A DNA stretch of 64,000 bases from Octopus sinensis (taxonomy: Eukaryota): NCBI RefSeq assembly GCF_006345805.1, contig NC_042999.1:49910001-49974000 (forward strand), given 5' to 3'. Of the stretch, positions 26,320 to 38,383 are shown one piece after another (the stretch's first letter is position 1; each line of letters opens with the position of its first letter). The notes under the pieces are model-generated. The model saw only the letters and a program-made list of their open reading frames with translations, was not told the origin of the DNA and did not search any database. The position numbers and the translations under genes were made by a program.

Positions 26320-28998
26320 TGGATGAATGAATTATCCTTTGTTTACAGTTAACACGGAAATTTCAATAAACAGTTACCAGGGTAGCAAAATATCAACGCT
26401 TTGCTTAAGGATATTCCCATTCCCCCAAGGAACACTTTCCTTAAGGAATTCATCAATAAGACGAATTCCTTTATCAAATGCATCAGATGTCTCACCTTCT
26501 TCTTTGATAATAAGGACTTACAACAGACCAATAATGACATTTCTTCTGAGTATAAAAAATTATTTAAATCGAAGAGCAGCCCTCCACCCAACTCTAGATT
26601 GAAAAAGGAAATTATTGCTTCCTAGCTACATGGTTTCGGGTTCAGTCCCACTGCGTGGCACTTTGGGTAGGTATCTTCTGCTATAGCCCCGAGCCGACCG
26701 AAGCTTTGTGATTGAATTCGGCAGGCGGAAGTTACTGCCGTGTGTGTATATGTGCGTGTAGGTGCTTGTGCCTCTCTGAAAGAGAGAGAGAGGGGAATTA
26801 CATCCTTGTTCAATCTGATAAAACGGGAAACCTCTATAACCTTATCAAGAGCTACTATTTGGAACTGCTGGAAAAAGAAATTAAAAAAAACTATAAGATC
26901 ACCAGTATGAATATACTCAGGCAGGGTAACCTAGAAGCTAAAGGAATTATGGAATCGTATGGATTACAGATGAAGACAGAACCATTGAATCCAAGGCAAC
27001 CTCAGTTTATTTTAAAAGACCACAAACAAAACTTTTAAAATAACCCATCTTTACGGCTTATCTGTCCTTCCAGCTCAGACATCGGTATACTTAGGGCGGC
27101 GAGCTAGCAGAAACATTAGCACGCCGGGCGAAATGCTTAGTGGGATTTCGTCTGCCGTTACGTTCTGAAATCAAATTCTGCCAAGGTCGACTTTGCCTTT
27201 CATCCTTTTGGGGTCGATAAATTAAGCACCAGTTATGCACTGGGGTCGATGTAATTGACTTAATCCGTTTGTCTGTCCTTGTTTGTCCTCTCTGTGTTTA
27301 GTCCCTTGTGGGTAGTAAAGAAATAGGTATACTTAGTAATTGCATCTTAGATAAGTATATCCCTACATTAATCAATAGATTAAAACTTAGCTTATGGTCT
27401 AATTTTTTTCAAGTTGTTGATTGGTTTACTTCTATTGCTAAAAAGGTTAACACCAAATTTATTCAGTTTGATATATCTATCTTTTATTTATCAATCAACC
27501 CTATTATACTCAATGAGGCACTCTGGCATGCACACAATAAAGCAGGTCTCTCTAGAAAGGAAATTAATGTGGTGCTGGCTGCCAGAAAATCAATCATTAA
27601 GTTTGATAACAAGTTGTGGGTCTGGAAGGATACTCACAACATGTTCAATGTCCCAATGGGAAGTTCAGATTCTGCCCAAATTGTGGATTTAGTCGGCATA
27701 TGTATACTTCAGGAAATGGCTGACTAGTTCCCAGACATGTGTGGAGGTCTATATCGAGATGATTGTTTGCTTTACCTCCAAAACTTTTCCAATCAAAAAA
27801 CACAGAAGATTAAGAATAGGTTAGTTAGGTTTTTCATAGAATGGGCTTTCACATCGTTTTTGAAGATGAGATAACTAAAGCTAACTTCTTAGATATTACT
27901 CTTAATTTGCACAATAACTCATACTTCCCATACCACAAACCTTCCCCCAATCTCAAGTATATTAATCCATCCAGGAATCATACTAGGGCAATTACTAAGA
28001 ATTTAGTTTAAAAAATTTCAGCTAGATTGTCTAAATTATCCGCCAATGTTAACATTTTTAATGACAAGGCAGAATTTTATAACTCTGGCTTAGTTAAAGC
28101 AGGGTATTAAGAAAAAGTTCCATACATTGATTCTGCTCAATCTCATCCATCATCTACTATTTGAGACAAGAAATCTAGTTGTAATAAGAAGAGTGATTTT
28201 AATTCTAATATTAACAACAACACAAAACATGATAAAATTCCTTTACAGAGTAAGGGAAGCAACCGTTATTTAAGCCCATTTTTTCACTCTAGAGGTATTT
28301 AACCGTTCTTTATAGATAGTACAATTTGACTGTTACTAGGAAAACTATTTGGTTTGTTATTCCATATGGAAGACAAATGAAATCTAATCTTCCTTTCTAG
28401 TTCCGTGAAGCGATTAGTAAGAACTTTCCAAAAAATTCTAGATATTATTCAATTATTAATTCTCATAGAGTTAGAGTTACCTACTCCAACACAAAGAATC
28501 TTTCACAAATTATATTTTCTCATAATACCAGCCTGCTAGATAAAAATTTATTTTCTGAGAGTTCCAACAATAATTTTGTTAATACCAGCTCTTCGCATAA
28601 TGATGATGATGATGATAACAACAACAACAACAACAACATAGTTTTGGTCTCTGAGGACAACCCCAACAGAATTAAATTTATGTCTAATAATTCTAAGATT
28701 AAGAATTCTATATACCAATGTAAAATCACTTCTGGTACCAATGTCTATTTCTATATTGGCGCTTCCTCTTCCCAGTTATCTAAGAGAATTTCCAATCATT
28801 ATTCTTCATTTGGGGATAGCAGTAAACGCAACTGCACAGGGCTAAGTAAATTTGTTTGGTATCTTAAAGACAACAATAAGGATTTTAATTTAGATTAGTT
28901 CATCCTGTCCATCTCTTTTCCCTTATGACAAGGGCAAAGGATTTTGTAACATTTGCAACTCTGAACTCTTCCATATTCTCTTCTCTAAGAATCAGCCC
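26320..28998 (+). mobile_element. Decayed Penelope-like retroelement (RT plus C-terminal GIY-YIG endonuclease), antisense in a FRMPD4 intron
   Basis: Motifs LKDIPIPPRNTFLKEFINKTNSFIK, LICPSSSDIGILSNCILD, FIQFDISIFY, PMGSSDSAQIVDLVG, GGLYRDDCL, NFLDITLNL, and GIY-YIG-type SIYQCKI...FYIGASSSQLSKRISNH...LSKFVWYLK...FCNIC. It has stops and frameshifts, and two SINE insertions (26615-26790, 27095-27326). Confidence 0.9.
27095..27326 (+). mobile_element. Family A SINE inserted into the Penelope RT ORF
   Basis: TSD (g)gtatacttag on both sides. Removing the SINE and one TSD restores the frame SDIG-ILSNCILD. Confidence 0.9.
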
Positions 28999-30659
28999 CA
29001 TAGCTTGCCATTTCTGGTCACACTGTCCACCCCATGCTAGCATGGAGGACTGATGTGATACTGTCTCCTCTCATCACCAACGAACTTCTACAGATTCTCT
29101 ACTGGACTTTCTACACTTCAGCTGCCTATGGATTACACTGGACTCCTTTGTTGATGCTATATATATACACACACACACACACAGAGAGGCAAGGAGATTG
29201 ACTGAAATTACATAGAGATATTTAGGTGTGAGCAACGTCCCTTAACAATAGGTGGAATTTGTCAATCCCCGCCTCCTTTAAAATAAGCTGCAGACAAAAT
29301 ACTAAGTAAATATACCAAAATACTTTAAGGTGATACCATAGCATGGCTACCATAATATTATAAAAAGTATGTAGTTTGCTCAGAACTATACTTATTCTTT
29401 AGTAATGAGTTTTTCATCAATAGTATTCATCAATAGTATTAGTATCAATAGTATAATTCATTTACAATTTAAATTACACTGTTAAACAGCAGCTTTAGTT
29501 GCCCCAGGTGTATAATAATCTTAATTTTTATTTTATAGGTATTTAAATGTTTTATTTGTTTGCAGCTGAATTATTCATACTGAATTTAACATATGATATC
29601 ATAGGACAGGCACCAGAAGTGATTATCTTTATGTAAAAAGAGAGAAAATATCAATATTTTTGCTGTTTCAAGTTTGCACATGCACTGCAAATATTCATTG
29701 TCAAGCATAATAATTTAAGTTTTGCAATGTTACTGTCCAGTCTTAGCTCTTATGCACATTATTTCACCAGTATTAAAAACTGCCCCCATATCATATATAT
29801 ATATATATATATATATATGATATATATATATTGTGTCCCATGCTCCTAGGGTGCTAAGAGCACCATTCGAGCGTGATCGTTACCAGCGTCGCCTTACTGG
29901 CACCTATGCCAGTGGCATGCATAAAAAGATTTGAGTGAGGTCGTTGCTAGTACCGCCTGACTGGCCCCCGTGTTACTACTTTTTAACCCCAGGATCTGCT
30001 AGAAGGGAGTAGTAAGCTCCATTACTCACAGTATGTCTTGAACACAGATCATGTGTTGATAACCAGCTGGAAAAGATGCTTTCCTGAGGTTAAAAAATAG
30101 TAACATAGTCCTATGCTGGCCTGCCATGTTATGTTGGCAAATAAACTTTACTATATAGTACTACTAGCATTATGACCCGTCGTTGCCGGGTTATAGTGCT
30201 AGTGCATGTATATATGTGTACATATTACATGTACATCTATATATATATATATATACATCTACACATAAAATACAAAATACAAAGTTATATCTTGATATCG
30301 CTAGTGATAACAATACTCAAAATATATAACAGACTGGAATTGTTAGCCCATCTCTTGTAATTTCCTCCAGGTGTTCAAATCTTTTTTCTCTACATTGTAT
30401 ACTTTATAGACAATAGTCTTTTCTTTAATTTAATTTTTTATTATCCATCTGGACTATTCCATTTCTGCACACTAATTTTATTTTTAATTTATTCCCATTC
30501 ATGTGAAACCACTTATTCAAGTTCAAATCATTGATGCAATTTTATACCAATTGCTACTTTTACTTTTGTTATGTTACGATTATATTATACTTTAGTTTGA
30601 TTTTAATTATTACTTACTACATATAATTCAATTGTTAATATTATTTTTATTGTTAAAGT

Positions 30660-30935
30660 GAAAGCATCTGACATAAAATAGAGAAATGTTTTTGTTTCAC
30701 TTTTAACATGTAATACTGAAATAGTGGAGAAGATATGATATTGCTATGGGCTCGCTCTATGCAAGAAGTTGAACTTTTTCTTTGCCCATGAAACTACATG
30801 GACCCTAAGTAAGGCATGTGTAAAATTTGAATGAAATTGGTTGTGTAGTTCTCAAGTTTTAGGGAAACACACAGACAGACAGACAGACAGACAGGCAGAC
30901 AGACACACATTCTCAGTTTTATATATAGAGAGATT
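30660..30935. mobile_element. Non-autonomous element of Helitron/Helentron (HINE)-like appearance
   Basis: ...aaatttgaatgaaattggttgtgtagttctcaag...(acag)n...ttctcagttttatatatagag resembles invertebrate rolling-circle-derived short elements. The classification is pattern-based only. Confidence 0.35.
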
Positions 30936-31250
30936 ACAACATAGATCTCATTCAGAAATTTAAAACTCATTGTTTTTCTCCTTATGAGATCAGTGACTAT
31001 CTGTCACTTCTATAAGTATATACTGCAAGTAAGGTCGAGTAGATGCTGTCTGTAGCCAGGTGGTTGTCCAGTACAGACGACAGGAAATTACTCAGAAACT
31101 ACTAGTCTGCTTATAATGTTAATGGCTAGAAAGTAGTGGTAAGCTCCCTTACTCACAATATGTCTCAGACACAGATCATGTGTCAATAACCATCTGGAAA
31201 ATTGTTTCATTTCACATCCAATTTAAACTACGAAACATATATAAATATAT

Positions 31251-31929
31251 ATAACCCCAGGAAAATATCATTTCTGGCTGGTTATCAACATCTCCAGCGT
31301 CCATGCTGCCAACAAAGCACGCGGAGTTCTGTTCTTGATTCGACGGCCATTCGGAATGCTCACAGCAGCCATATTCCCAACCGCTCTATGTCACGCTGGT
31401 GAAACCCATATTGGAGTATGGGATTCAAGCCTCCTCTCCTTATCTCCTCAAAGACATACAGCATCTCGAAAGAGTCCAGAAGCTGGCTACCCGCACGGTT
31501 CTTGGTCTCAAGAATTTGTCTTATGAAGAAAGGCTGAAGACGCTTGACCTTTATTCTCTAGAAAAACGACGACGCCGTGGTGATCTCATTATTGCACACA
31601 ACATCATAAGCGGAAAGTGTAACCTCTCGAAAGAGCTGTTCTTCACTCCTGCTCCAGAGCGTCGGCTGCGGGGTCATTCCGCAAAGCTCTATCTGCGACG
31701 ATTTCATCACAATTGAAGGAGAGGGGCTTTCTCCGTCCAGGTTGCGGAACCGTGGAATAAGCTGCTGGACGAGATGGTGAAGATGCCGACGACCGCTCGG
31801 TTCAAAGTTTCCCTTGACCACAAGTGGCCTGAACTCTTTACATGAACACCACCCTGTACATAACTCCATGTCCCCTACATGGCCTTGCTTTTTGCTTTTT
31901 GAGCCAAAAAATTAACTAACTAACTAACA
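31251..31929 (+). mobile_element. CR1-clade LINE, 3' fragment with (ACTA)n tail
   Basis: LVKPILEYGIQASSPYLLKDIQHLERVQKLATR...LSYEERLKTLDLYSLEKRRRRGDLI...LRGHS...WNKL, then aactaactaactaac. Confidence 0.92.
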
Positions 31930-32722
31930 TCTCATCTGTGTCCAAAACATACTGTGAGTAAGAGAGCTTTCTACTCCCTTCTAGCCATTTGCAGTACCAG
32001 CAGACTATTAGCAGTACCAGCACACCAATATATACATACATATCTCCTGATATATATTTATATATCATCCTCATTTAACGTCTGCTTTCCATGCTAGCAT
32101 GGGTTGGACAATTTGACTGAGGACTGGCAAACCAGATGACTGCACCAGGCTCCAATCCGATCTAGCAGAGTTTCTACAACTGGATGCCCTTCCTAACGCC
32201 AACCACTCCGAGAGTGTAGTGGGTGCTTTTACATGCCACCGGCACGAGGGCCAGTCAGGCAGTACTGGCAACATACTTTTTTTCTTTTACTTATTTCAAT
32301 CATTTGACTGCAGCCATATTGGAACACGACCTTTTAGCCGAAGAAATTGATGTATATTGTATGCACCTGATACCTCGAATGTGGCAACTCAGATTTTCCT
32401 GTGGTACATGTTAAGTGCATTTGAGGTAATTAACTAGGTTGATGCAATTAATGTACCACATGAATCATTGACGGTTGATGGCTGAAAGGAAAACATGAGA
32501 AAAAGGAAAGGGTGTGTAGCATAGCTCTACATTATCATATGGGTTATTTCTTTATTTAAGAGGAATGGAATATGATTTGAAGAAGATTTACCTGCTATTT
32601 CTGGTAGGTTATCTATAAGAACTCAGAGGTTTCCTCCTTGTCTCTGAGAGAAAAAATACACAATCTTCACATATGTAGTAAAATAGAATTTAAAGAATTA
32701 GAGAACCAATATGGAAACTTAC

Positions 32723-32836
32723 ACTAATAACAGAAGTACCATTCACAGTGACAGCATCAGCAAAGCGAACCCTGGTAGGGTTGCTCCTTAAGCGGGCTTT
32801 CTTGGCAGGTGTTAAAAAAGCAGATCTTCGACCAGC
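32723..32836 (-). CDS. FRMPD4: Internal coding exon of a FRMPD4/Preso-like FERM and PDZ domain protein (PDZ-FERM linker)
   Basis: Acceptor ttcttcttccag, donor gtaagt, 114 nt, phase 0-0. Translates to AGRRSAFLTPAKKARLRSNPTRVRFADAVTVNGTSVIS, matching from memory the FRMPD4 motif [30 protein letters not shown]. The paralog assignment within FRMPD1/3/4 is inferred. Confidence 0.92.
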
Positions 32837-33842
32837 CTGGAAGAAGAAGAAGAAGAAAATTATGTATTTCATTATGACCAATGATAGACAAGTAACAACA
32901 TGATACCAATATCTTATAAATGTAATTTATAACCGACACACAATTTGTATCATAATTAATTTGTTTAAGTTGATGAGCTAGCAGAACTGTTAGCACACCA
33001 TACAAAAATGTTTAATGGCATTTTGTTCATCTTCACATTCTGAGTTCAAATTCCATTGAGGCCAACTTTGCTTTTCATTCTTTCAGAGTCAATAAAATAA
33101 GTACCAGTCAAGTACTGGAATTCATATAATTGACTTCCTCCTCTTCTCAAAATCTGCTTGTCCTGTACCAAAATTTGAAAACATTATAGTTAATGTTTGA
33201 GAGATATTGGACTAAAAGATTTGTTAAGAAGTTAGAAAATATGCCTTGTGGTTTCTCTGCAAATGCTTTTAGCTCTGAATTCAAATCCTCTGTGATCAGC
33301 TTCACCTTTTTATCTTTCAGGGTTGATAAAATTAGGTACCAAGAGATTGGTACAGGGATCATTGGTAACAAATAACCTCAATGACTCAAAACCGGCTGAC
33401 CTGGTGTTTAAACTAGAAACATTTGTAGCTAACATCTTTAACCATCAGTGATACATGATAAACCAATTTTCTACTTTTGTGAAGGCCAAGGGAATATGGT
33501 GACCGGGAAAGAAAATAGGACATATTCCACTAAACACACTAAAACAGATTTATCTTAAAGTTCTTGTTTACTGACAAACAGTTTCGTAAAAATCTAACAC
33601 TGCTATTCCTTAAACACAAAAGTTGCAGTAGGATTTCTATAAAATAGATAGAAAAACTAGGAACATAACTTTGGCACATGTAAAAGAGTACAAAAGGGGT
33701 TTTGAAAGCAATATCATCCAGGCATATATGAAATGAAGATTACTTAAATATCTCACAACCAGAAGTCTGGAGGAAACCTTTGCTGTTTAGGTAATAATTA
33801 ATATCAATAAAGGCTAAGAGTAAAAAACCCCATCAGTCAGTC

Positions 33843-34170
33843 ATGAATGACCATGGGACTGCACCAAGAAAGTTACCCTCCAAGGCACAAGTCCAGGCAA
33901 GGTTGTTTATGGCAGACCAGCTGTTGCCCATGCATACCAGTCTTCCCTCTCCATGCCACCGATGTTATCCAACAGAAAGCAAAAGGCCGATACAGCTTGG
34001 CACCAGTGATGTCGCAACTTATTTCTACAGCTGTGTGAACTGGAGCAAGATGAAATAAAGTGTCTTGCTCAAGAACACAAGACACAGCCCGGTCAAGGAA
34101 TTGAACTCACTACCTCATGATTGTGAGCCATACACTTCACTTATGTCAACCACTGAGCCATGCAACTTCA
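33843..34170 (-). mobile_element. tRNA-derived SINE, family E
   Basis: tggctcagtggtt...gagttcaattcc boxes on the minus strand. Second copy at about 42342-42790, related copy at about 39840-40150. Confidence 0.7.
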
Positions 34171-34844
34171 CTTATATCAATACTGGACATAATTCTAGTA
34201 AAAGTTTAGTAATATAAGAAAACGCATGATAGATCATAGCAGTTATGCAAAATTGGTTAATTGCATAAGAATTCCAATAACCAAGTTTATGCAGTTAAAG
34301 GAAATCAACTGTATAGCTTATCAATAGCAACATCTTATAAACACTTTTCATGTTGGCATGGGTTCGAAGAATGAGCATTGTCTGTGTCCATTCTTATATA
34401 ATGTTGCTGCTTTCGTCTCACTCAAATGTTCTAATTTCGACATGGTTTCTGTGGCTAGATGCGCTTCCTAAGATCAAAAGTTTTGGGGAAGTGTACTAGG
34501 AGTATATTATGGAGACACCAGCTTGAGTAAAGTTGTTTTGAACCCCACAAAACCAAAGTTCCTTTTCTATTTATTCAAGCAATGATAGAAGATTAACCAG
34601 GGCAAGAAGATGAAAAGAAGTGGAATGGGAGGGCAGGGCCACTAGAATAGAAGGGAGGCAGCAGATCCTGTAATGGAAGAGAGGCAGTGATGGCAACTAC
34701 ATGTCTACTGGTAATATACATACATACACATATACATATATACATACCTATGAACACACACCCATGAAGTGAGAGTGATGAATATGCATACATGCACACA
34801 TACATACATGTATGCAGAGAGAGAGGGGGAATTATATATATATA

Positions 34845-35460
34845 TCATCATCATCATCATCATCATCATTTAACGTCCGCTTTCCATGCTAGCATGGGTT
34901 GGACGGTTCAACTGCGGTCTGGGGAGCCCGAAAGCTGCACCAGTCCAGTCAGATCTGGCAGTGTTTCTACAGCTGGATGCCCTTCCTAACGCCAACCACT
35001 CCGAGAGTGTAGTGGGTGATTTTATGTGCCACCGACACAGGTGCCAGACGAGGCTGGCAAACGGCCATGCTCGGATGGTGTTTTTTATGTGCCACCGACA
35101 CAGGTGCCAGACGAGGCTGGCAGACGGCCACGCTCGGATGGTGTTTTTTTTTTTTTATGTGCCACCGACACAGGTGCCAGACGAGGCTGGCAGACGGCCA
35201 CGCTCGGATGGTGTTTTTATGTGCCACCGACACAGGTGCCAGACGAGGCTGGCAGACGGCCACGCTTGGATGGTGTTTTTATGTGCCACCGACACAGGTG
35301 CCAGATGAGGCTGGCAAACGGCCACGATCGGATGGTGCTTGTTACGTGCCCACAGCACGGAGGTCAGTCGATGCGGTACTGGCTACGGCCACGTTCGGAT
35401 GGTTTTCTTATGTGCCATGTGCCACCGGCACTGGTACCACAAAGATACAAATTCCATTGA
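34845..35460 (-). mobile_element. Family C non-autonomous retroelement (RTE-like (GAT)n tail) with an internal ~62-bp tandem array
   Basis: Ends ...gcatggaaagcggacgttaaa(tga)n on the minus strand. About five units of tttttatgtgccaccgacacaggtgccagacgaggctggcagacggccacgctcggatggtg at 35020-35340. Other copies at about 18929, 23395, 25200, 32066, 35950, 39575, 46830, 48115, 54415 and 60720. Confidence 0.75.
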
Positions 35461-35689
35461 TGTTCATCTATTTTGATTTATATATATATATATATAATAA
35501 GTGTAGGAGTGGCTGTGTGGTAAGTAGCTTGCATACGAACCACATGGTCCCGGGTTCAGTCCCACTGCGTGGCACCTTGGCAAGTGTCTTCTACTATAGT
35601 ATTGGGCCGACCAAAGCCTTGTGAGTGGATTTGGTAGACGGAAACTGAAAGAAGCCCATCATATATATGTATATATGTATGTATATACG

Positions 35690-35724
<35 letters not shown>

Positions 35725-38325
35725 ATATGTTTATGTGTCTATGTTTGTCCCCCCAACATCACTTGACAACCGATGCTGGTGTGTTTATATCCCCGTAACT
35801 TAGCAGTTCAGCAAAAGAGACCAATAGAATAAGTACTAGGCTTCCAAAGAATAAGTCTTGGTGTCGATTTGCTCAACTAAAAAAAGGCGGTGCTCCAGCA
35901 TGGCCACAGTCAAATGATTGAAAGAAGTAAAAGAGTAAAAAAGTATATATATATTGCCTGGCCCCCATGCCGGTGGCACATAAAAAGCACCATCCGTTCA
36001 TGGCCGTTTGCCAGCTCTGTCTGGCACCTGTGCGGGTGGCACGTAAAAAGCACCCACTACACTCACGGAGTGGTTGGCGTTAGGAAGGGCATCCAGCCGT
36101 AGAAACACTGCCAGATCTGACTGGGCCTGATGAAGCCTTCTGGCTTCACAGACCCCAGTTGAACCGTCCAACCCATGCTAGCATGGAAAACGGACGCTAA
36201 ACGATGATGATGATGATGTTACTTTTACTTTCTCTCTCTAGACAGACATTTTTACAATTGTTAACTTTCTATTTATTCTGTGTCTAAGAAACTAAAATCT
36301 AAATAAATCACTTCATTATTTTTAGAAAAAGCCTAGAAAAGTGACAGGTAACATCCGACTAACAAAGAAAACTGCACGTGAATGAAATGCAAGTGTGTGT
36401 GTGTGTGTGTGAGATCATCATTAAGTATTTACTTTCCATAGTAGTATAGTATGTGTGGTTCAAATTATTTTTTATTTGGAATTATTGACCTGCTAGAAGA
36501 GTCAAGAACATCTCACTCATACATTCTATTTCAAGCCGTTTTTACTGTGTGTGATTGATAGATTTTATTGTGGCACCATCACTAGAGAGGTTGTCATGTC
36601 TTCAGCAAAACTGAAGAGTTCTCTTTATGTTACACTGTCTTTGTTCAATCACCAAATATTTTATGGAGTGTGCAGCATATATTTTATCGTGACATCAATA
36701 CTAGAAGTTACTTTGAGTGTAAACACACACACACAGCTATTCAGAAATATGTATTTATATATTTTTTATGAGGTAGTATTCATGAAGTTCTTGTGCTTTG
36801 CAGTGTATCACTGACCTAATATTCATTCACAGTAGTGACTTTATATTTGACAGGAATATGTTAGTGTATAGAATGGAATAAAATAGGTAGTTACTGATAT
36901 ATTCAAAGTTTAGTTAGTGTACATTCTAACTCAGTGACATGTCAATAGGAACTCAATGATGCATAATATATTTATTTCAATACAGTGTCTTGTAATTTAA
37001 AAGTTTTAGGATCTGACTTCTGCCTTGCTGAAATAAGATTTATGACTATAGCTTAGTAAATACTAAAGTAGTTTAACAGCCATTACAGTTAAGTAGTCAT
37101 ACGCTAAATTAAAGGAGATAAATATACAAGTAGGTAATAGTGACTTGTGATTTAATAAATGTATTTATAAGCCTTGGGGGAAAAAAATTAAAAACTTTTA
37201 AATGCATAAATAATCTAGATGCTTGTGTTGTCAAAACTGGAGAAGAATTTCAAAACAGATTTCTAATAAATAAAATAAACAAAGTAAATCAATTCAGACA
37301 CAAACCATTAAAAAAAAAATCACCAATCACCAGAGCTATCATAGCTGTTCTCTTTCAAGACTTTTTGATATACAACTATATAAAGCAATAAATATTTTTC
37401 ATCATAACATTCCAGTCAGGCAATATTTAAAATAACTAACAAGTGTATGATAGTGTAAAGCTCCCTGAACATGTTTATGTGTGTATATGTGCATGTATGT
37501 GTGTGCATACACAAACATACCTACACACACATATATATACATAAACTCTGTGTGTGTGTATGTGTGTAGACACAGGTGTGGCTGTGTGGTAAGAAGCTTG
37601 CTTCCCAACCACATGATTCCAGGTTTGGTCCCACTGCATGGCGCCTTGAGCAAGTGTCTTATACTATAGCCTCGGACTGACCAAAGCCTTGTGAGTGGAT
37701 TTGGTAGAAGGAAACTGGAAGAAGCCTGTCATATAATATATATATGTATGTATATATATCATTATGTGTGTGTCTGTGTTTGCTCACCCCACCCTCATTG
37801 CTTGACAACTGTGTTTACATCCTTGTAACTTAGCAGTTCGGCAAAAGAAACTGATAGAATTAGAACTAGGCTTACAAAGAACGAGTCTTAGGGTTGATTT
37901 CTTCGACTAAAAGTCCTTTAAGGTGGTGCTCCAGCATGACTGAAACAAGTAAAAGAATATAACTCTGTATTTTTGTATATTGATCTGCAGAGCTGCTGGA
38001 TATATTTGTTATCGTGAGACATAAAGAAATATCACAACTGCCCAAGTAGAGTCAGTGGAAAGACATACACAGACAAACAAACAAACACACACACACACAC
38101 ATAATAATTCTTTCCACTGTAGGTGCAAGGCCTGAAATTTTGGGGGAAGAGGTACGCAATTACATCGACCCCAGTGCTTGACTGGTACTTATTTCATTGA
38201 CCCCAAAAAGGATGAAAAACAAAGTTGACCCTTGTAGAATTTGAACTTAGAATGGATAAAATTCCACTAAGTATTTTGTCCACTGTGCTAACAATTCTGC
38301 AAGCTTACCACTTTCCACACTCACC

Positions 38326-38383
<58 letters not shown>

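Noticed and set aside
35020-35340. Regularly spaced repeats that might suggest a CRISPR array
   Set aside because: The units are contiguous near-identical tandem copies without unique spacers, in eukaryotic DNA with no cas genes.
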